NCBI GenBank assembly: GCA_037200105.1
Contig: JBBCHN010000003.1
Coordinates: forward strand, 53,987 to 77,986
Length of the DNA: 24,000 nt
Source: Candidatus Saccharimonadota bacterium
GTDB taxonomy: Bacteria; Patescibacteriota; Saccharimonadia; Saccharimonadales; UBA4665
Reading direction: 5' to 3'
Both the position numbers and the translations under genes were made by a program. How positions within the stretch are numbered: position 1 is the first letter of the stretch; each line of letters opens with the position of its first letter. Below the pieces are notes generated by a model. It ran no database searches. It worked only from the letters and a program-made list of their open reading frames with translations, and was not told the DNA's origin. Positions 17,860 to 24,000 of the stretch are shown here, one piece after another.

Positions 17860-18427
17860 TTATACCTTGACTCGTTCTCTGTAGGCTCCTGAGGTTGTAT
17901 CAACAGATACTAAGTCTCCATCTTTTATAAAGGCTGGAACCTTAATAACTATGCCGGTTTCTAGAGTTGCATTCTTGGTTATGGAGCTTGAAGTATCACC
18001 TTTAACGGCAGCTTCCGTATAGGTTACTTTAAGTGGTACATTCTTAGGCAAGACTAAACCAATAGGCTGGCTAGAGAACAGCTGTAGATCAACTTTATCA
18101 CCTTCTTTTATATAGCTAGCCGCATCACCAACAATGTCTGATGGTACTGAGAATTGTTCAAAGCTCTGTTCGTTCATAAAATAGTGATTAGAATCATCAC
18201 TATATAAGTACTGAACGCTCTGCTGAGTTACATCAGCAGTGTTAAGTTGCTCATTACCTTTGAAGGTTTTCTCTAAAACTTTGCCATCTATAAGGCTTTT
18301 AATACGGACATTAACTATAGAGCCTCCACGGACCCATAACCTTCTGGTTGTAATCAACAACTTTAAAGGGCTGTCCTTCAAACTCAAAGACAGTACCCTT
18401 TTTAAGATCGGTAATAGAAAGAGCCAT
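17860..18427 (-). CDS. efp: translation elongation factor P; one apparent frameshift near 18325
   Basis: MALSITDLKKGTVFEFEGQPFKVVDYNQKVMG, then a shift, then RGGSIVNVRIKSLIDGKVLEKTF... through to ...GDLVSVDTTSGAYRERVKV. This covers the three EF-P domains with the typical KOW-like N-terminus. Confidence 0.9.
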
Positions 18428-18428
18428 A

Positions 18429-18632
18429 CTAATTAGAAGCTATGAATGGTAGTAGAGCTATGTGCCTAGCTTTTTTAATAGCTGAGCTCAAGTGTCGTTG
18501 ATGACTTTCGCTTAAACCAGTTTTCTTTCTAGGTTCAATTTGTCCGTAAACGTTAACGTACCTTTGTAAGGTCTTAAAGTCCTTGTAATCAAAGTAAGCT
18601 ACTTCAGTTCTATATTTAAATATCTTTGCCAT
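18429..18632 (-). CDS. rpsR: 30S ribosomal protein S18
   Basis: 67 aa: YFDYKDFKTLQRYVNVYGQIEPRKKTGLSESHQRHLSSAIKKARHIALLPF matches the S18 signature. Confidence 0.9.
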   Translation of the reverse strand: MAKIFKYRTEVAYFDYKDFKTLQRYVNVYGQIEPRKKTGLSESHQRHLSSAIKKARHIALLPFIASN

Positions 18633-18953
18633 TAATTCTCTCCTTCTTTTCTTATATCAACTCTACAGCCGTTTGCCTGCCATTGAAGCCAACCGTCAAC
18701 TACCACAGTGACCGCATCTACATCCACTACACCTTCGTAGGCTTCGGCTATTAAGTCAATCGTTGCTCCTCTTGATTTAATGGCTGGGCCGGTCTAGGTA
18801 GGCACCTGCTGCTGTTGCTATGTTTATTAATCTCTTCTGTTGCTCTTCGTCTAATGAATTTTCTCTAACATAATCAGCGACTACACATTCGTCACAGCTA
18901 TTTGCCCACAAACACTCCCATGTAAACTTCTCTGTTGCATCTAAGCTGGGCAT
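18632..18953 (-). CDS. hypothetical Cys-containing protein (~106 aa) inserted between ssb and rpsR; one apparent frameshift near 18790
   Basis: MPSLDATEKFTWECLWANSCDECVVADYVRENSLDEEQQKRLINIATAAGAYLD, then a shift, then PAIKSRGATIDLIAEAYEGVVDVDAVTVVVDGWLQWQANGCRVDIRKEGEN-stop. The stop overlaps the rpsR start (TAATG). It starts 10 nt after the ssb stop. Confidence 0.45.
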
Positions 18954-18962
18954 GGACTCTCC

Positions 18963-19443
18963 TTAAAATGGAATCTCATCTAAGTTAATAGGCTCATCAC
19001 CAATATCTTCAATGACTACGTCCTTCTTATCTGCTTTCTTTAGGACTAGCCTTCTTAGTTGTTCCGCTAGAGTCATCACCGACTAGGTCGTTAGCTTCAC
19101 CGTCTGATGGACCACGACTATCTAGAAATGTAACGTCGTTAGCTAGGACTTCAACTTTAGATCGCTTCTGTCCTTCTTGTTCCCAGTTTCGACTCTGCAA
19201 ACGTCCCTGTACTAAACAACGACGTCCTTTTGTAAGATACTGAGCTACTCGCTCAGCTAGTGGTCCCCAGGCAACGATGTCTACGAAATCTGTAGCTTCT
19301 TGCCATTCACCACTTTGATCCTTGTAACTTCTATTTAGTGCCAGACTAAAGCTGGTAACATTTTGTCCGTTTGGTGTTTGCCTAAAGTTCTGGGTCACGA
19401 GTAAGGTTACCATGAGTGTTACTTGATTTAAACTTCTTGCCAT
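18963..19443 (-). CDS. ssb: single-stranded DNA-binding protein; a compensating frameshift pair near 19383-19413 and a further shift near 19040
   Basis: MARSLNQVTLM...RQTPNGQNVTSFSLALNRSYKDQSGEWQEATDFVDIVAWGPLAERVAQYLTKGRRCLVQGRLQSRNWE is an OB fold. The segment read as VTLLVTQNF becomes the canonical GNLTRDPEL in the adjacent frame. The true C-terminus, ...EDIGDEPINLDEIPF-stop (acidic tip), lies in another frame and ends at 18963. Confidence 0.9.
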
Positions 19444-19518
19444 AATACCTCTCCTATCATCTATAACGTAACTTTAAAGTCATTTGTCGTCAAATTAAAG
19501 TAGTTATAAATTTAATAA

Positions 19519-19917
19519 TTAAGTCTCGCTCTCAGTGTCCTCTGACTCTTCGCTCTCACTATCTGATCGTTCACCACGCTTTGCGGCCTGCTCTGCCTTC
19601 TTAGATTTCTCAGCATCAGCCTTAGCAATTGCCTTAAGATCTGGCTTAGTTATTAAAAATCTAATAACTTCATCGGTAATATTAGTGTGGCATCAACTTT
19701 AGTAACAGCTAGGGCCGGTAATTCAACTGTATAGAAAACATAGATAGCATGTTCGTTACGAGCAATTGGGTAAGCAAGCTTTCGCTTGCCCCAGTTATCT
19801 ATATTCTTAACTTCACCACCGTTATCTGTAAAGATCTTCTTAACTCGATCCTCAGCTTTAGATAGATCTACTTCTAGATCTGGATCATAAAGTATAGCAA
19901 CTTCGTATTGACTCATT
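19519..19917 (-). CDS. rpsF: 30S ribosomal protein S6 with acidic C-terminal tail; one apparent frameshift near 19680
   Basis: MSQYEVAILYDPDLEVDLSKAEDRVKKIFTDNGGEVKNIDNWGKRKLAYPIARNEHAIYVFY matches the S6 pattern, with SD AAGGAG upstream. After a shift it reads NITDEVIRFLITKPD...SDSESEESEDTESET-stop. Confidence 0.85.
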
Positions 19918-19985
19918 CGTACTCCTTCTCTTGGTTCTAGGCTATGCACACTAGGGGTCATAACCTGAAGATTAATGGTTGACTA

Positions 19986-20014
19986 ATTATATGCTATCTG
20001 CCCTCTTTGGTCAA
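19986..20014 (-). promoter_or_regulatory. consensus-like sigma-70 promoter for the rpsF-ssb-X-rpsR-efp string
   Basis: On the - strand: TTGACC (20014-20009), exactly 17 nt, TATAAT (19991-19986). This leaves a leader of roughly 60 nt before the rpsF ATG at 19917. Confidence 0.55.
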
Positions 20015-20018
20015 TCTG

Positions 20019-20610
20019 TTAAGAGTCAGTTCTATGTACCTGCATAAGATCAGGTTTGAGCATCAGCTCTAAAGCCCCATCCGGGCTTCCCATCATAAAA
20101 AGAGTATCGTCTCTCACGCTTGGAGCTTGATCGAGTAAACCTCGGCACAAATCACATGGGTGAAGTGTGTTAGTTTGTACTCTGTTAACGGTACCCCGAA
20201 TCCGGAGGCCCGAATATAGCCAGACCCACAATCCAATCAAGACCCCGTTCATCCACCTTTTTTAAAATATCCATTTCAGCGCAATCCTTAGGTGCTCCTT
20301 GATACGGTGTGTTGTTAGCCCCAAAAAGATATGCCCCACGTGAGCCATCGTCAGTTACTGCAAATGCTGATGCCCCAACCTTAAAATCCCTATATGATAC
20401 TGCTCGTTCTTCAGCTGACCGTCTAGCTAGATCAATAAATCGTGGTATTTGTTGGTAAACAATAACTTCTGTGGGCACATTTATTCTAAAGGATGTATTA
20501 AGTGTTAGGTCAAAATCAACATCTCTTGTTGGAACGGCGTAGCGTTGTTGCAGAACTGTATTGTCTCCAGCGGCCACAAACATTAAATAAGTCTGGTTCT
20601 CGAGTATCAC
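20019..20610 (-). CDS. cdd: cytidine/deoxycytidine deaminase (zinc-dependent CDA fold) with an N-terminal extension; 1-2 apparent frameshifts
   Basis: SYRDFKVGASAFAVTDDGSRGAYLFGANNTPYQGAPKDCAEMDILKK carries the CAE zinc/catalytic motif. After a shift near 20215-20250 comes HPCDLCRGLL (PCxxC motif). A further upstream open frame (MGIEFVTPDLVNINGYTVEIR, ATG 20671) may belong to the same gene. Confidence 0.7.
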
Positions 20611-20736
20611 GGATCTCTACGGTATACCCGTTAATATTAACCAGATCTGGTGTAACAAATTCTATTCCCATGTTTGTAAGACTATACCTCTTGATGTTTT
20701 ATAACATTACCTAGATAAACAAGCAACTTCATATAA

Positions 20737-21345
20737 CTAGAAATCATAATATGGAGGACTACTACTAGGTGGTGGAGAGCTAGATACATATGGTATGACC
20801 AGTTCTCTTCCAACATAACCTGCGATATCGACTAAGTGACTCACATCATTTTCTCTGGCAAGTGCTGTTTTCGATGAAATAACATCCTCTATATCCATAC
20901 AAGGTACCCCATCGAAGAACTCAGCTTTAGGTCTATGTTCTGTAAAACTAATAGGGTAGTATCCGTCGCCCATATGTTCGGCGGCAGTTACAGGCACAAC
21001 CCGTTAGAGTAAAGGTGAACTGACATATTAGTTGCTCCCCTTGCCATAGCACTAAGCGGTGGATTATGGAGAGTGGCAGTAAGTCGATCTGCAAGTGTTC
21101 GAAAGCCCTTACCTGAAACCAACATGTCTATATCTGGAGTATCATCTAAAACACCTCTTACAAACAAGGCTAGCGCCGCCTATTAGTAAATAGTCATCCG
21201 AATTAATATCTAAGCCATGTAAGGCATCTAGTATGGCTGGCCAGCGATGAGGTGTTCTCGATGCATCACTCTCTTGTCTTTCTGGATAGCCTTTAACGAT
21301 ACCTACTTCTGTCATAAAAACAGATATTATTACCTTAGGCTGCAA
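20737..21345 (-). CDS. nucleotidyltransferase-fold protein (MNT/KNTase or Lnu-like small NTase); 2 apparent frameshifts near 21150 and 21000
   Basis: ...DDYLLIGGASLV, then a shift, then RGVLDDTPDIDMLVSGKGFRTLADRL gives the hG[GS]-x(9-13)-DxD minimal NTase signature. It continues after another shift into ORF 20737..20997. The start is uncertain (TTG 21345 or ATG 21315). Confidence 0.5.
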
Positions 21346-21386
21346 TTTACAAGCATCAGCACTTTATGTTTATAGCCTAGCAGTCT

Positions 21387-22838
21387 CTAGATCTCAAGTA
21401 TAGGTTTAGCGACAATAGTTTGCTTATTAGTCTTGTCACTATCAGTAACTTTCTTAGGTTGATGTATAACAAGTACAGCTAGTAATGCTGCAAATACCAT
21501 GAAGACTAAGCCAACTAGAATACTTACATCAAAGCCATGAACAAGCGCTGCTAGTTTTACTTAAGTGAACAGCTGCAGCAGTTACAGAAGCGGCAATGCC
21601 TGAGAGAATTGATAGACCTAAAGCCCCGCCCATCTGTTGGGAGGTAGTTATTAGCCCAGATGCTAGCCCAGACTCTTGAGGACGAACCCCTGATGTTGCA
21701 GCTGCTATAACTGGCATAAATGTCATACCTATGCCTATTGGTATAACAATTAAGGCTGGTAACAGGTTGAATAGGTAATTACCGTGTACAGGTAAACGAC
21801 TTAGCCAGATTAACCCTAGCCCAACAATTAGTGGTCCGGCTATTAAGAACCGCTTAAAGCCATACCTAGCTACAAGTTTTGGCATCCGGGTAGCCACGAA
21901 GCCTAAGACTATCGGCATTGGCAAGAAAGCTAGTCCAGTTTGAACTGGAGAATAATGAAGTACAAGTTGCAAGTATAGGGTTATTACGAAGAATAAACCT
22001 AACATGGTGGCATACATTGGCGCCATTATAAGGTTAGCTCCAGATACGTTTCGGATCTTAAATATAGATAGTGGAACAAGCGGATGTTTGGTTCTAGATT
22101 CATTGAATATAAATCCGGCCATTAAGACTATCGACTAGACCAAAGATGCTTAGTGTCGATGCGCTTAACCAGCCCCAACTTGATGCTTGGCTAAAGGCGA
22201 AGACCGTAGACATTAAACTGCCCGTAACCCAGCACCGCTCCTGGTAAATCTAGACCCGTGTACTTATCTTCCCTCTCATGCAGAGGTACAAAAGCAGCTA
22301 TTAGGATAGACATGATGATACCTATAGGTACATTTATAAAGAAGTTCCAACGCCAACCTATGTACTGAGTGATAACTCCACCAAGCAGTAGACCTAGTGC
22401 TGCTCCACCGGTTGCTACTAGTGTCCAATAACCAATGGCTCGGTTTCTACCAGGTCCGTCTCTAAAGGTAGTTAGAACAATAGATAGAGCTGCTGGGGAC
22501 ATAAAAGGCTGCAGCCATACCCTGGAAAGCTCTTAGAGCTATTAATAATACTGAGGAGTGGGATATACCAATTAAGAAAGAGAATGTAGTGAAAGCAATC
22601 ATGCCGCTAAGCAACGTTCTTCGTCTACCAAATAGGTCAGCTGCCCTACCACCAAGTAGCAAGAAACCACCAAATGTAAGAGCGTAGGCAGTAACAACCC
22701 ATTGCAAAGCACTGTTAGTAAAATGCAGCTGTTCTTTTATGGTTGGCAATGCAACGTTAGTAATTGCGCTGTCTAGAACCACATAAATTGAGCGATTGCT
22801 ACCAGTGTAAAAACAAGCCACTTTGATGTTGATTTCAT
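21387..22838 (-). CDS. MFS transporter, DHA2 (EmrB/QacA-like, 14-TMS) drug:H+ antiporter family; at least 4 apparent frameshifts
   Basis: MKSTSKWLVFTLVAIAQFM / VVLDSAITNVALPTIKEQLHFTNSALQWVVTAYALTFGGFLLLGGRAADLFGRRR (DHA2 motifs) ...AFQGMAAAF / MSPAALSIVLTTF...RNRAIGYW...GWRWNFFINVPIG... continues through track ORFs 22462..22821, 22191..22502 and 21529..22122. The C-terminal tail ends with a stop at 21387-21389. Confidence 0.85.
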
Positions 22839-22916
22839 ATTGTTATATTCCTTCAATGATTTAGATAATTAAACTAATTATATATCTCAACTATATATAT
22901 TGTCAAACTATTTATA

Positions 22917-23357
22917 ATGAGCTATAATGAGGCCATGATAAGTAAACGATTACAAGAAGAACTCAGTTTACTGATTATCCGCTCATCAATGAAAGGTAAA
23001 TACGCTATTGTTCAAATAGCTGAAGATAACCACATTACCCCTTATGCCAGCCATGACTTTGTGTTTACTAGAACCAGGACAACCCGTACCATGAAGTCTT
23101 TGGCAAAGTTTATGAGCTGTGACCCCTCTAACGTCACAGGAATTATTGAGCAATTAGTCAGTGAAGGTTTTGTTGACCGTAAAGAATCGTTAAACGATCG
23201 TAGGATAAAAACAGTTAGTCTTACTAATAAGGGGTTAGCTCTACGTGATAAATTCTTAGAGATTACAACAAGCACTCGCCTACCCAACCTCGATTCCCTA
23301 TCGGATGATGAAATAGAACAGTTAATCGCAATACTAGAAAAAGCTAACAGAAACTAG
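22917..23357 (+). CDS. MarR family transcriptional regulator, divergent from the MFS gene; contains a compensating frameshift pair near 23038-23092
   Basis: ...MKSLAKFMSCDPSNVTGIIEQLVSEGFVDRKESLNDRRIKTVSLTNKGLALRDKF is the MarR wHTH. The segment read as YASHDFVFTRTRTTRT becomes MPAMTLCLLEPGQPVP in the adjacent frame, which fits the MarR consensus much better. The true start may be ATG 22935. Confidence 0.8.
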   Translation: MSYNEAMISKRLQEELSLLIIRSSMKGKYAIVQIAEDNHITPYASHDFVFTRTRTTRTMKSLAKFMSCDPSNVTGIIEQLVSEGFVDRKESLNDRRIKTVSLTNKGLALRDKFLEITTSTRLPNLDSLSDDEIEQLIAILEKANRN

Positions 23358-23385
23358 CGCCACTCAGAGCGTAACAGTATAAATA

Positions 23386-23404
23386 CTATTCAGAATCTGA
23401 ATAG
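23386..23404. terminator. possible bidirectional hairpin between convergent marR and ftsK
   Basis: CTATTCAG-AAT-CTGAATAG forms a perfect 8-bp stem with a 3-nt loop. Flanks are T/A-rich on both strands but there is no clean U-tract. It overlaps the ftsK stop codon. Confidence 0.25.
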
Positions 23405-24000
23405 TCTTCTTCATTGCTAGCAGTATCTTCATCTATAGTATCCTCACTATCTAATGCTGCACCGCCGAAGACTTCGTCTAATGAACTAACAAGGACTTCT
23501 CTGGGCCTAGAGCCATCAGCAGCACAATAATGCCCTGTTCTTCCATAGTCTCGATAAGTCTAGCCGCACGGCCATAACCTATCCTTAGACGTCTCTGAAG
23601 AAGGCTAGTACTGGCTTTATGGCTGTCTATAACCACTCCAACAGCATCACGCCATAGGTTATCATCAGCCTCACGCCGCCACCGCCATCAGAAAGAATCG
23701 CACCTCGTCCACCACCTAGCTGTACTGGTTGAGAAACAACCTCATCATCATATTGAGGAGGTCTTTGCATCCGTATAAAGTCATTAACTTTAATAGTCTC
23801 AGCGTTCTCAATAAATGCAGCTTGAACACGCTTAGGTTTAGGCATATCGCTGGTTAGTAACAACATGTCACCCTTGCCCAGTAGTTTCTCGGCACCAATT
23901 CCGTCAATAATAGTTCGAGAATCTACTTGTGAGGCAACAGCAAAGGCAATCCTGGCTGGCATATTAGCTTTAATAAGACCGGTAATAACATCAACTGATG
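23386..24000 (-). CDS. ftsK: DNA translocase FtsK/SpoIIIE, C-terminal part (motor domain end plus gamma/wHTH domain); 5' end outside the window; at least 3 apparent frameshifts
   Basis: ...VDVITGLIKANMPARIAFAVASQVDSRTIIDGIGAEKLLGKGDMLLL is the end of the RecA-like domain. After shifts it reads DDNLWRDAVGVVIDSHKASTSLLQRRLRIGYGRAARLIETMEEQGII...DGSRPREVLV (FtsK gamma domain), followed by an acidic tail ...EEDYSDSE-stop at 23386-23388. Confidence 0.85.

Noticed and set aside
20019-20671. The deaminase as an anti-phage dCTP deaminase or a polymorphic-toxin deaminase
   Set aside because: The core matches the small housekeeping cytidine deaminase pattern (F.VGA...CAE...PCxxCR). There is no immunity-like partner, toxin-delivery domain or kinase-like N-terminal domain. 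Only the N-terminal extension remains unexplained.
1-24000. Programmed ribosomal frameshifting or a recoding system as the cause of the many frame breaks
   Set aside because: The break sites share no slippery heptamer or stimulatory structure. They occur in both + and - directions, and they include compensating pairs a few tens of nt apart. Random indel error is the simpler explanation.
1-24000. CRISPR arrays, tRNA/rRNA genes, IS elements, integrases, prophage or DGR components
   Set aside because: I found no spaced direct repeats, no T-loop (GGTTCGAATCC-like) or cloverleaf candidates, no transposase, integrase or reverse-transcriptase-like translations, and no terminal inverted repeats flanking any block.

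Overview
All calls come from translating and folding by eye. No searches were run.

The window reads as a densely packed chromosomal segment of a small-genome, moderate-to-low-GC, monoderm-like bacterium. My inference is Candidatus Saccharibacteria (TM7) or a related Patescibacteria/CPR lineage. This rests on gene content:
- a class-F-like sortase next to a sorted beta-helix surface protein
- a pilM-pilN-pilO-(small ORF)-pilB type IV pilus operon
- a short archaeal-type AspRS
- a TlyA without an S4 domain
- an rpsF-ssb-X-rpsR-efp string
- nadD, ychF and ftsK, plus small LexA-like, Crp/Fnr and MarR regulators

Three observations stand out.
1. About 50 single-base reading-frame breaks are spread over nearly every gene, including essential ones. 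Two pairs of compensating shifts are hidden inside ORFs that look intact. Most ORF-track entries are therefore fragments of larger genes, and I report merged gene spans.
2. A cobalamin-riboswitch-like leader with a terminator/antiterminator platform (3262-3401) sits upstream of a 1.3 kb locus. I cannot assign that locus to any family. It ends in two Cys-rich modules.
3. pilB stops abruptly after its Walker A region at a junction with the 3' end of aspS.

I found no rRNA, tRNA, CRISPR array, transposase or integrase.
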